A stretch of DNA of 64,000 bases. Source: Syntrophales bacterium. GTDB lineage: Bacteria; Desulfobacterota; Syntrophia; Syntrophales; UBA6807. A program made the position numbers and the translations under genes. Positions 43,239 to 52,311 of the stretch are shown here, piece after piece. The notes under the pieces are model-generated. The model was given only the letters and a program-made list of their open reading frames with translations. It had not been told where the DNA came from and searched no databases. The stretch is from the NCBI GenBank assembly GCA_040767195.1, contig JAXGPA010000003.1, positions 96,001 through 160,000 on the forward strand, written 5' to 3'. Numbering within the stretch: position 1 is the first letter of the stretch; each line of letters begins with the position of its first letter.

Positions 43239-43304
43239 TCAGGCAGACCTCCTTCTAAAGCTGAAAAAAAAGCAAAAGATGCCAGACAGTCTCGAACGTT
43301 TCAT
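43239..43304 (-). CDS. Putative Phe-rich attenuator leader peptide MKRSRLSGIFCFFFSFRRRSA
   Basis: ATG AAA CGT TCG AGA CTG TCT GGC ATC TTT TGC TTT TTT TTC AGC TTT AGA AGG AGG TCT GCC TGA; upstream AGGGAG; TTGACA at 43364-43359; terminators follow. Confidence 0.75.
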   Translation of the reverse strand: MKRSRLSGIFCFFFSFRRRSA

Positions 43305-43394
43305 GTGAGATGACTCACTCCCTTTTATGGTTTCTCCCCTATCGGAAGAAAGAGGAAATGTCAACGGAAAAATGACATTCCCCCGCCGGCGGCG

Positions 43395-44267
43395 CTATTT
43401 TCCCGCTTTTCCCGTTTTGCTGCCGAGGTGCCGGAAGAAGGCGTCCTCCGGGCTGACCACCAGGGTGGTGTCCGTTTTCATGGATTTCCGGTAGGCTTCC
43501 AGGCTCCGGATGAATTCGTAAAACTCCGGTTCCTGCCCGTAGGCTTCGGCGTAGATCCGGATCGACTCGCTGTCGCCCTCCCCTTTCATCTTCTCCGCCT
43601 CTTCATAGGCCTTCGCGAGAATGATTTCCCGGTCCCGGTCGGCGGCGGCCTTGATCTTCAGGGACTCTTCCTCTCCCTCGGACCGATACTGCTTGGCCTG
43701 CCGTTCCCGTTCCGCCCGCATCCGCTCGAAAACGGACTTTTCGTTCTGTTCCGGCAGGTCGGCCCGCTTGATCCGGACATCCACCACGTCGATACCGTAG
43801 CTCTTGGCCAGCTCATCGGATTTTTTCGTCACGATGGTCATGATGTCGTTTCGGGTCGTGGAAACGATGTCTTCCATGGTATGCCGGCCCAGTTCCACCC
43901 GGAGCTGGGCGTAGACGATGTCGTCGAGCCGAAGCTGGGCCCCCGTTTCGTTCCGCACCGTCTTGTAGAAAGTAAGAGGCTCCCGGATCCGCCACTTGGC
44001 GTAGTTGTCCACCAGGAGGTTCTTCTTGTCCTTGGTCAGGATTTCCGTCGGTTCCGCGTCGTAAAGAAGGATTCGCTTCTCGAACCTGATGACCTCCTGG
44101 ATGATGGGGATCTTGAAATGGATGCCCGGTCCGTAGGTCCCTTCCAGGGGTTTCCCGAGCTGGATGACGATGGCCTGCTCGGTCTGGTCGACGGTGAAGA
44201 GCGACTGGGAGAGGACGAGGGCCCCGATAAAAAGCAGAACGGTTATGAAAAACGACTTTCCTTTCAT
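43395..44267 (-). CDS. hflC: FtsH protease modulator HflC
   Basis: SPFH domain, TKDKK.L.VD, RM.AERER.A...RSEG, EFY.F.RSLEAY. Confidence 0.95.
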   Translation of the reverse strand: MKGKSFFITVLLFIGALVLSQSLFTVDQTEQAIVIQLGKPLEGTYGPGIHFKIPIIQEVIRFEKRILLYDAEPTEILTKDKKNLLVDNYAKWRIREPLTFYKTVRNETGAQLRLDDIVYAQLRVELGRHTMEDIVSTTRNDIMTIVTKKSDELAKSYGIDVVDVRIKRADLPEQNEKSVFERMRAERERQAKQYRSEGEEESLKIKAAADRDREIILAKAYEEAEKMKGEGDSESIRIYAEAYGQEPEFYEFIRSLEAYRKSMKTDTTLVVSPEDAFFRHLGSKTGKAGK

Positions 44268-44277
44268 GGGGTCCTCC

Positions 44278-45324
44278 TTACGGTTTTTCCGGCGCCTTCG
44301 GATTGACGAGAGGCACGTGGGGTAAAATGTTCCGTCCCAGGCCGGGGTCCATGACGATCTTGTTGATCCCCGGGAGGATCTCCTCCATGGTTTCGATATA
44401 GAGCCGTTTCCGCGTCACGTCCCGGGCCTGCCGGTACTCGGCGAGCATCTGGGTAAAACGGCTGGCGTCCCCGTTGGCCCGGATGATCTTAGCCTGCTTG
44501 TACGCCATGGCCTCATTCACGATCTGGGAGGCCCTTCCCTTGGCCCGGGGAATCAGCTCATTCTGATATCCCTGGGCCTCGTTGATCATCCTGGCCCTGT
44601 CTTCCTTGGCGCTGGCCACGTCCTTGAAGGCCGCCATGACCTGGTCCGGGGGGTGGACGTCCTGAAGCTGCACGGCCACCACCTGGATTCCCGATTCATA
44701 GCCGTCGAGAATTCTCTGGAGACTTACTTTCGTGTCCTGCTGAATCTTGAACTTTTCCGTCGTCAGGATATCGTCGATGTCGTTCTCCCCCACGGTTTCC
44801 CGCATGGCCGCTTCGGCGGCGTCCTTGACGGTTACGTCGGGAAATTTCACGTTGAACAGGAATTTCATGGCATCATTGATCTTGTATTGGACAATGAAGC
44901 CGAGGTTAACGATGTTCTCCCCCTTGGTGAGCATAAGGCTCTCGTCGGGAACGACCCGGCTTCTGCCCGTGGCGCCCTCCCCGATGGTCCTGAAACCGAT
45001 TTCGTATCGCCTCACCTGGGTCACTTTCGGTTTCAGAACCGTTTCGATGGGATAAGGGGCGTGATAGTGAGGCCCCGGAAGGGTGGTCCGAACGGCCTCG
45101 CCGAAGCGCTTGACCACGCCGACTTCATCGGGGGCGACGAAATAAATCCCCGAAAGAAGCCACAGAATGACGATGATGGCGAGGAGCGCCGGAAAGGCGC
45201 CGAATTTCCCCGCCAGGGGCAGGCTGTGAATGGGAAAAGCCTGTTTCAGCTTCCTCAATGTTTCCTCGATATCGGGACGGTTCCGCCCGCCCCAGGGGTT
45301 TCCTTGATCTCCATGCCATGCCAT
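44278..45324 (-). CDS. hflK: FtsH protease modulator HflK
   Basis: MAW...NPWG, MLT..EN, PP..V..AF.DV, VTR.RLY.ETME. Confidence 0.95.
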   Translation of the reverse strand: MAWHGDQGNPWGGRNRPDIEETLRKLKQAFPIHSLPLAGKFGAFPALLAIIVILWLLSGIYFVAPDEVGVVKRFGEAVRTTLPGPHYHAPYPIETVLKPKVTQVRRYEIGFRTIGEGATGRSRVVPDESLMLTKGENIVNLGFIVQYKINDAMKFLFNVKFPDVTVKDAAEAAMRETVGENDIDDILTTEKFKIQQDTKVSLQRILDGYESGIQVVAVQLQDVHPPDQVMAAFKDVASAKEDRARMINEAQGYQNELIPRAKGRASQIVNEAMAYKQAKIIRANGDASRFTQMLAEYRQARDVTRKRLYIETMEEILPGINKIVMDPGLGRNILPHVPLVNPKAPEKP

Positions 45325-45576
45325 GGCTTTTTTCCTCCGGAAGATTTCTAATTGTCGCCTGTCGCCTTGTGAAACGGCGAGAGGTAAGGCGTTTCGTAAC
45401 ACGGGCGCCCCGCCGTGTCAATGCACCCTGTCTGCGACCTTGAAAAAACGACGGGATCATGCTATTTTCATGACGATTCTGAAGATATCTCCCCGACAGT
45501 TTACGGCACGCCGCTTCCATGAACGGCAGGGGACTGGACGGCCGTTCCTGTCCGCCAGAAAGAGAGGGGTTCCGTC

Positions 45577-46947
45577 ATGTTCAACATATCCCAGAAGCAT
45601 ACCAGGGTTACCACGTTCTACGTTCTGTCCCGGGAAACGAAGGACCTCGCGCCGAAACTCAAACTGAGTTCCCGGCGGAAGAAGACGGTCCTCGTCATAC
45701 CGACCCTGGCGACGGAATTCACCCTGGAGGAAAATCGCCCTGTTTTTCTGAATATCCTCAAGCACATCAGCCGCTTGACCTATCTTTCCAACATCATATT
45801 CGGCCTTGACAGGGCCACCGACCAAGAGGCCCTGGAACTCGCCATCCTGTGCAAACGCCACGGTATCCGCAATTTTGTCATCCAGCACAACGAGGGCGCG
45901 GACTTCCGGCGGCTTTATGACCAACTGAACGAAGCGGGCTTCGATCTGACCCTTCCCGGGAAAGGCAAGAACATGTTCATGTCCTTCGGCGTGGCCCAGG
46001 CGCTGGGGGCCCGGTGTGTCGGCGTGGTCGACGCCGACATCCGGACCTTTCACCGCCGCCAGGTGGACCGCCTCTTCTATCCCGTTCTGGCCCTGGATTA
46101 CCAGTTTTCAAAGGCTTTTTACGCCAGGATCGGGGACAATCGCATGTACGGCCGTGTCAAGCGCCTCCTGGTGGACCCTCTGCTGCTCGCCTTCAAGCGA
46201 AAATTCTCCGAATCAGGAGAGGAAAAGTTTCTCCGGATCATCGACTACCTGCTCATGTTCAACTACCAGCTCTCCGGCGAGGTGGCCTTCGACATCGGGC
46301 TTCTCAAGAAGATGCATTTCGCCATGAACTGGGGCGTGGAGATCTTCACGCTCATCGAGGTTTTCAGAAAAGCGAGCAGCATCGCCCAGATCCAGTTTTC
46401 CACACACCCCTTCGATCACAAGCACCAGAGCGTGTCCATGGACGACAAGGACAAGGGGCTCCACAAGATGGCCATCGACATCGTGACCACCATTCTGTCC
46501 GCCCTGGTTATCGAGGAAGGCCTCGAGATATCCGACTATTTCATGCAGGACCTGACGCTCACCTATATGAACGTGGCCGATGAACTGATCAAGAAATACG
46601 CCGACAACTCCTCCTTTTCAGACCTTCACTACGACCGGAACGCCGAGGAGGCCATCGTGCGGCGGATATTCAAGGACGCCATCCTGGCGGCGGGGGATTA
46701 CCTGACGACCCCCCAGCGGTCGACGGAACGGTTTCTCCGGGTGCTGTCGAGCCACGAGCGGTTCCGGAAATACCTGGAGGCGGGAATATCCGAGGATCTC
46801 ATAGCCTACGAGAAGGAAAACCGGACCCAGCTTTTTGAAACGCCCCAGACCGTTTCCTGGGAACGGATCATCATGAAACTTCCGAGAATCCTATACGATA
46901 TCGGCGATGTGGTGGAAAAGCAGAGATCCTTCTACGCCAAGGCCTGA
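45577..46947 (+). CDS. gpgS: Glucosyl-3-phosphoglycerate synthase-like glycosyltransferase
   Basis: PGKGKN, DADI, KAFYAR, GRV.RL, Y.LSGE, WGVEI, DHKHQ. Confidence 0.75.
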   Translation: MFNISQKHTRVTTFYVLSRETKDLAPKLKLSSRRKKTVLVIPTLATEFTLEENRPVFLNILKHISRLTYLSNIIFGLDRATDQEALELAILCKRHGIRNFVIQHNEGADFRRLYDQLNEAGFDLTLPGKGKNMFMSFGVAQALGARCVGVVDADIRTFHRRQVDRLFYPVLALDYQFSKAFYARIGDNRMYGRVKRLLVDPLLLAFKRKFSESGEEKFLRIIDYLLMFNYQLSGEVAFDIGLLKKMHFAMNWGVEIFTLIEVFRKASSIAQIQFSTHPFDHKHQSVSMDDKDKGLHKMAIDIVTTILSALVIEEGLEISDYFMQDLTLTYMNVADELIKKYADNSSFSDLHYDRNAEEAIVRRIFKDAILAAGDYLTTPQRSTERFLRVLSSHERFRKYLEAGISEDLIAYEKENRTQLFETPQTVSWERIIMKLPRILYDIGDVVEKQRSFYAKA

Positions 46948-47089
46948 CAGCCCCGCGAAAAAGCCCCGACCGGTGCGCCGCCCCCTGCGGGCCGTCATGG
47001 CGGCACAACGCCGTGCTTCCTTCTCGCATTTCTGAAACCGGTCGCCTTGTCTCCGGCGGTTTTTTCAAGCCGCCCGCCAGGGTCTCCTT

Positions 47090-48412
47090 TCAGGGGACGA
47101 TGACGATTCGGAGGTCCATGACGTTCGTCATCGTCGGTCCCGTTTTCACGAGATCCCCCAAGGCCTCGAAGAAATGATAGGAATCATTGTCTGCCAGGTA
47201 CCTTGCCGCTGAAAGGCCCTGCTCTTCCGCCCGGGCCAGGGTTTTTCCGTCTGCCACGGCGCCGGCGGCGTCGGTGGGGCCGTCGGTCCCGTCGGTCCCG
47301 GCGCTGAAAACGACAACCTGGGGAAGCCCGCCGATTTCCATCGCCGCCGCCAGGACGAATTCCGTGTTCCTGCCGCCCAGGCCTTTTCCGCGGAGGGTCA
47401 CCGTGGTTTCGCCGCCTGAAATGACACACCCGGGTCGGCTCACGGGCTGGCCCGTTTTCAGGATTTCCTTGCCGATGGCGGCGTGAACCCGGGCCACATC
47501 CCGTGTCTCACCTTCGATCATGGACGACAGGACAAGGGTGTTGTAACCCCTGCGGCGGGCCTCCTCCCTCGCTGCGGTCAAGGACATGCCCGCGCTCCCC
47601 ACGATGACGGCCTGGGTCTTCTCGAAAACCGGGTCTCCCGCCTTGGGCGTTTCGGCCTCGTCGCCCCTGGTACCCCTCCTGAAACGAGCCAGGACGCTTT
47701 CGGGGACCCGTTCCTTCAGGTTGTATTTATCCAGGATCTCGAGGCACTCCCGGAAGGTCGAACGGTCCGGTACGGTGGGGCCGGAGGCGATAGTGTCCAG
47801 ATCGTCGCCGATGACATCGGAGAGGATGAGAGAAACGAGGGTTCCCGGCCAGACGGCTTTCGCCAGGCCACCCCCCTTGATGGCCGACAGGTGTTTTCGT
47901 ATGGCGTTGATTTCGTGTATCGTCGCGCCGCTGGCGAGAAGCTCCCGGGTGGTGGCCTGTTTTTCCGGGAGCGTGATGCCCGGGGCCGGCAGGGGAAGAA
48001 GCGCCGACCCACCGCCGGACAGAAGGCAGAAAACGAGGTCTTCCTCCGTCACGTCTTCCAGGAGGGACAGGATGTCCCGGGCCCCCTTCTCCCCTGCCTC
48101 GTCGGGAACGGGATGGGCGGCCTCCCGGAGCTGTACGGTTTCGAGGGGCATGTCATGGCCGTATTTGGTGACGACGAGTCCCTTGGCGATGCGGGAACCG
48201 AACCGGTCCTCGAGGGCACGGGCCATGGGGGAGGCGGCCTTGCCGCCCCCGATGACGAGGATGCGCCTGTAGCGCCCGGCGTCGTAAGACCTTTCGGCTA
48301 CCGTAATGCGGTTCTCTTTCACCTGAAGGGTTCTTTCCACGGCGGCGAACGGGTCGGCCGCCTTCAGTCCCTCTTGAAAGATGGCCAGGGCGTCTTTTCG
48401 TGGATCTTTCAT
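47090..48412 (-). CDS. Glycerate 2-kinase / MOFRL family (TtuD/GckA)
   Basis: GGGKA, LSGGGSAL, SDVIGD...IASGP, GGETTV, GGRN, GTDG.DG, TNVMD. Confidence 0.9.
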   Translation of the reverse strand: MKDPRKDALAIFQEGLKAADPFAAVERTLQVKENRITVAERSYDAGRYRRILVIGGGKAASPMARALEDRFGSRIAKGLVVTKYGHDMPLETVQLREAAHPVPDEAGEKGARDILSLLEDVTEEDLVFCLLSGGGSALLPLPAPGITLPEKQATTRELLASGATIHEINAIRKHLSAIKGGGLAKAVWPGTLVSLILSDVIGDDLDTIASGPTVPDRSTFRECLEILDKYNLKERVPESVLARFRRGTRGDEAETPKAGDPVFEKTQAVIVGSAGMSLTAAREEARRRGYNTLVLSSMIEGETRDVARVHAAIGKEILKTGQPVSRPGCVISGGETTVTLRGKGLGGRNTEFVLAAAMEIGGLPQVVVFSAGTDGTDGPTDAAGAVADGKTLARAEEQGLSAARYLADNDSYHFFEALGDLVKTGPTMTNVMDLRIVIVP

Positions 48413-48442
48413 GGTCACCCTCCTCCGTCTTCGGCGCCCGGC

Positions 48443-48805
<363 letters not shown>

Positions 48806-48875
48806 TTATTTAAGTCAGGTTTGCAAAGCCCCACCGGGCGCATCACCGTTAAGGGAAGCGAGAAAATTTGTCCCC

Positions 48876-49358
48876 ATGAAACGTAGAGGCAACCCCAAGG
48901 ATCCTCTCCTTCCCGTCGGTGAGGTTCTCCGCAAGTGGTTCAACAAGCGAAAATTCAGGGTCCACTTCCTGGACCGGGCCGTTGTCGACGGGTGGAAGAA
49001 GGCCGTCGGCCCCCAGATCTCCGGCAACACCCGCCCTTTCATGCTAAAAGATCGCGTCCTCTTTGTAAAGGTGTCCAGTTCCGTCTGGATGCATCAGCTC
49101 CAGTTCATGAAAGGCGACATTGTTGAAAAGCTGAACGAGCGCCTCGGGGGAAAAACGCCCGTCGTAAATCTTTTCTTTTCAATCGACACTTTCGATAAGC
49201 CCGTTGAAAAGGTTTCCCGCCCCCATCCTCTCTCGGACAGGGACCGGAAATGGATCGACTCCCAGGTGTCCGGCCTTCGCGACGAGGAACTCAGAGAAAT
49301 CCTGAAAAAAACAATGGCCAGGTCGCTTACGTCGGGCAAGGAACGGAACAGGCGCTGA
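48876..49358 (+). CDS. DUF721/DciA-like protein
   Basis: W...VG..I...TRP...L.V.V.SS.W..QL pattern. Confidence 0.8.
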   Translation: MKRRGNPKDPLLPVGEVLRKWFNKRKFRVHFLDRAVVDGWKKAVGPQISGNTRPFMLKDRVLFVKVSSSVWMHQLQFMKGDIVEKLNERLGGKTPVVNLFFSIDTFDKPVEKVSRPHPLSDRDRKWIDSQVSGLRDEELREILKKTMARSLTSGKERNRR

Positions 49359-50085
49359 TGTTCCTGAAAAGGGCTTCCGCCTCCGGGGAGTAGCGGCCGT
49401 CGTCGCCGTAAAGGAAAAGCGGGGGCAGGATTTTCAGTTCCTCTCCCCCGTTTTTGACCCCCCGGGCCAGGATGAGGTCCCCCCGGGAGCCTTTTCGCGA
49501 ATGAACCACCCGGACGGTCTTGGGTTCCAGGGCTGTTTCCCGCATGCGGTGAAAAAGCTCCACCGCCCGGGCGGCGGGATAGACGAGATAAACATCGCCG
49601 CCGTCCTTGAGTCCCTTGAAAGCGGCTTGAAGAAACAGGGCCAGGGACCCGCGGACTTCATGGCGGGCCACCGTTTTTTCCGGGCTTGCATTGGTCCGGC
49701 CCGTCCTGTTTTTGCGATAGGGTGGGTTGAAAACGACGACATCGAAATGCCGGGGGGAGAAAAGCGTTTCCATGTCAGCGGCGTCTCCCGTGAGAATCCG
49801 GACGGTGTTCCCGAGGCCGTTCAGAACCACGGTACGACGGGCCATGTCGGCCAGGGTTTCCTGGATTTCAATCCCAACGATTTCCCTGGGTTGAAAACGG
49901 ACGGCGAGGAGGACGCTTAGGATGCCGCTTCCCGTTCCCAGGTCGAGGACCCGGTCCTTTTTCCGCAGGTTGACAAATCCGGCGAGGAGAAGGGAGTCGA
50001 CGGAAAAGCGGTATCCCCGGGCTTTCTGAAGGACGGTCAGTTTCCCGCCGCACAGGATGTCGGCCGTTTCATCGTCGTTAATCAT
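49327..50085 (-). CDS. tRNA1(Val) A37 N6-methyltransferase-like (TrmN6/YfiC)
   Basis: GYRFS.DS.LL, LDLGTGSG, NPPY, ARHE. Confidence 0.88.
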   Translation of the reverse strand: MINDDETADILCGGKLTVLQKARGYRFSVDSLLLAGFVNLRKKDRVLDLGTGSGILSVLLAVRFQPREIVGIEIQETLADMARRTVVLNGLGNTVRILTGDAADMETLFSPRHFDVVVFNPPYRKNRTGRTNASPEKTVARHEVRGSLALFLQAAFKGLKDGGDVYLVYPAARAVELFHRMRETALEPKTVRVVHSRKGSRGDLILARGVKNGGEELKILPPLFLYGDDGRYSPEAEALFRNISACSVPCPT

Positions 50086-50092
50086 GTCTTTC

Positions 50093-50220
50093 GGGGTCGG
50101 ACCAAGTTATCCTACTGATATCTAATAATAATCGCTCAAAAAAGAGGCGTTTTTAAGCCTTAGAACGGCTATTTCAAGTGTAAAATTGACCCTCTAAAGT
50201 AAACCTGCACGGCATTCACT
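50093..50220 (+). mobile_element. TIR element copy A (left part only)
   Basis: GGGGTCGGACCAAGTTATCCTA...TAATCGCTCAAAAAA.AGGCGTTTTT.AGCCTTAGAACGGC, closely matching 53922 onward; truncated before the psd stop. Confidence 0.8.
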
Positions 50221-50231
50221 ACCCCCCCTCT

Positions 50232-51572
50232 TCATTCGACAACCCGGGCGATTTGGTCCCTGACCGGTATGTTTTCCGAGTGAAGACCGGGGGTCTGCCC
50301 GTGCAGATCGAATTTCAGGTTGACCCCCGGCCTGAAAACGAGGCAGTGAGTTGACCCGCCAAAGTGGAACATTCCCAGCTGATCCCCTTTTTTCACGTGC
50401 TGTCCCTCGCGGACGGTGATTTCATTGGACGACACTTCGGCCATGCCGACAAAGACGGCGCACATGAGACCGATGGCCGGATTGTCGGCTTCGATGAAGA
50501 TTAGTGCCCGCGACGCCACCTGGGTGATGTAACCCTGAGAATCGTTAGGACCCGCCGGGTCGAACCCTTCGGACAGGGCTTCGGCATAATAGGAGCCATC
50601 GATCACGCGGGTCTTGACAATCTTTCCGCTGACGGGACTGTGCCATCGGTGATAGCTCAAGGCACTCAGAAACGCCTGATAAACCGTGCCGCCCGCAAAC
50701 TGCCCGGCGAGAGGGTCCATCGCCATCATATGCTGCAGCGAATACGGTTGTGCCTTTATCCAGAACCGGTCAAGGAGCTTTACGTTTCTGGCGATCCTGT
50801 AAGGGGCGGACTCACAGGCGTTCGCTATGACCGAATTGTCATCGGGACTTGCCACCGGGCGGCGGCCCGCCCGGAAGGTCCTCGTGAAAAAATCATCCCA
50901 GGAGGAAAACCCGTGGTAGGGCAAGGAGGGATCACAAACAAAATCCTCCACGAAAGATGGCATCGCCGCCCTGGCGTCCCTTCCGAACCACCCGCTTTCG
51001 GGATCATCGTTCAACACGTAGCGGGATTCGGGAGAACCCAGGAAGCGGGCCCACTGGTTGAGAATTTTTTTCAACTGGCGGTTAACTTTTTCATTCAGGA
51101 AAACGGACGTCCCCGCGGGGGTGCCCATGGGCCAGGCGAGAATGGCGTTGATGGGGAACCCGACGAGGCCTGTTTTGTTGAATGCGGGGGACATGGTCAA
51201 AATCCGGCTCATGACCTGAAGCATCTGGTCGTAGTTCCGGAGCCGGAGGTTTCCCGTGGGGTCTTTCCTGAAGGACGCGCTGTCGGGGACCTGCTCGAAC
51301 ATCTGGTTGAAGAGCATGTACAGTTGCGGGTCTTCTTCAATCAACACCTTGAATTCCTGAATGACGGGCGCCAGGGGTTCATCCACCGATTTGTTGCCCG
51401 CGATCAGGTTTTCCATCCACTGATCAAAAAAAGCCTGATCCGACGGCAGCCACTTCCCGGCGAAATAAGGCGCCGGCTTTTCGGGGGATCCGGCGACGCC
51501 TTCCTGTCCGGAAAAAAGGCTGAAGAAAGCCAGTGTCAACAGGGAAATGAAGATGAAGACTCGTTTTGTCAT
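50232..51572 (-). CDS. Phosphatidylserine-decarboxylase-family (PSDC/PsiD-like) pyruvoyl enzyme, with signal peptide
   Basis: FFTR, YHRWHSPV, GMFHFGGSTH self-cleavage motif; hydrophobic N-terminus. Confidence 0.85.
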   Translation of the reverse strand: MTKRVFIFISLLTLAFFSLFSGQEGVAGSPEKPAPYFAGKWLPSDQAFFDQWMENLIAGNKSVDEPLAPVIQEFKVLIEEDPQLYMLFNQMFEQVPDSASFRKDPTGNLRLRNYDQMLQVMSRILTMSPAFNKTGLVGFPINAILAWPMGTPAGTSVFLNEKVNRQLKKILNQWARFLGSPESRYVLNDDPESGWFGRDARAAMPSFVEDFVCDPSLPYHGFSSWDDFFTRTFRAGRRPVASPDDNSVIANACESAPYRIARNVKLLDRFWIKAQPYSLQHMMAMDPLAGQFAGGTVYQAFLSALSYHRWHSPVSGKIVKTRVIDGSYYAEALSEGFDPAGPNDSQGYITQVASRALIFIEADNPAIGLMCAVFVGMAEVSSNEITVREGQHVKKGDQLGMFHFGGSTHCLVFRPGVNLKFDLHGQTPGLHSENIPVRDQIARVVE

Positions 51573-51669
51573 GACTTTTTGCTTCTCCACGGTTTCGGTT
51601 TGATGCAGGATTTCTCCCGATAAATTATCAATCGTCATGGTTTCGGGGAGGCAACCCTTCCCCTTTCCG

Positions 51670-52116
51670 CTAATCGTAGGAAAGACGCGTTTCTTCATCG
51701 GCCAGTGTCGGTGCGATGATGTCTTTCCACCGGGGAGCATCCCACGTGCCGAGCCGGTCGTGCATGTCCAGGTATTTTTGAGGTATCGGGTGGGTGCCGT
51801 ACACGACCTCGAGGCCGTATTTCGTTTTTATGAAGTCATGGAAGTAGGCTAAGTGCGGGCATGGGGGGTAGCCGACCACGAGCCCCGTGGCGAAGTGTAT
51901 GACCTCCGCCCCGTTTCTTTTCATCTCATCCACCGCATATTCGATATTGCCGCCGGGGCACCCGTCGCAGCTGGTGTAACCGACAACCTCGACTTCCGTG
52001 TTCCCGTAGCGGCTGAAAGCCCCTTCCCTGTTGCGCAGTGACCTGAAGCATTTCCCACCTGCGCACCGGCGGTAACGGTCGCAGATGATGATCCCGATCT
52101 TCGTTTTCTCTTCCAT
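51670..52116 (-). CDS. CGGC-domain Cys-rich protein
   Basis: IGIIIC...C.GGKC, CDGCPG, CP, GTH. Confidence 0.85.
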   Translation of the reverse strand: MEEKTKIGIIICDRYRRCAGGKCFRSLRNREGAFSRYGNTEVEVVGYTSCDGCPGGNIEYAVDEMKRNGAEVIHFATGLVVGYPPCPHLAYFHDFIKTKYGLEVVYGTHPIPQKYLDMHDRLGTWDAPRWKDIIAPTLADEETRLSYD

Positions 52117-52191
52117 CTCGTCTCCTCCGGACATTGGTTTTCGTGGTTCCCTTACGCTGGTCCAAGTTATTGTCACCGAAAGCAGGATTTT

Positions 52192-52286
52192 AATCAACAG
52201 CCTGACGGTACCCCCTTCAGACACGCTGCCGGCGGCCGCCTTCTAGAGAATGATCCCGACTGTCGCCGTCACTGACTTTGTTATAA
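52192..52286 (-). other. Degenerate attC-like site
   Basis: Minus strand TTATAAC..TGACGG...CCGTCA..GTTGATT downstream of the hydrolase stop; imperfect boxes. Confidence 0.3.
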
Positions 52287-52311
52287 GCCGATAAGGTGCT
52301 TTTCCCGGGCT

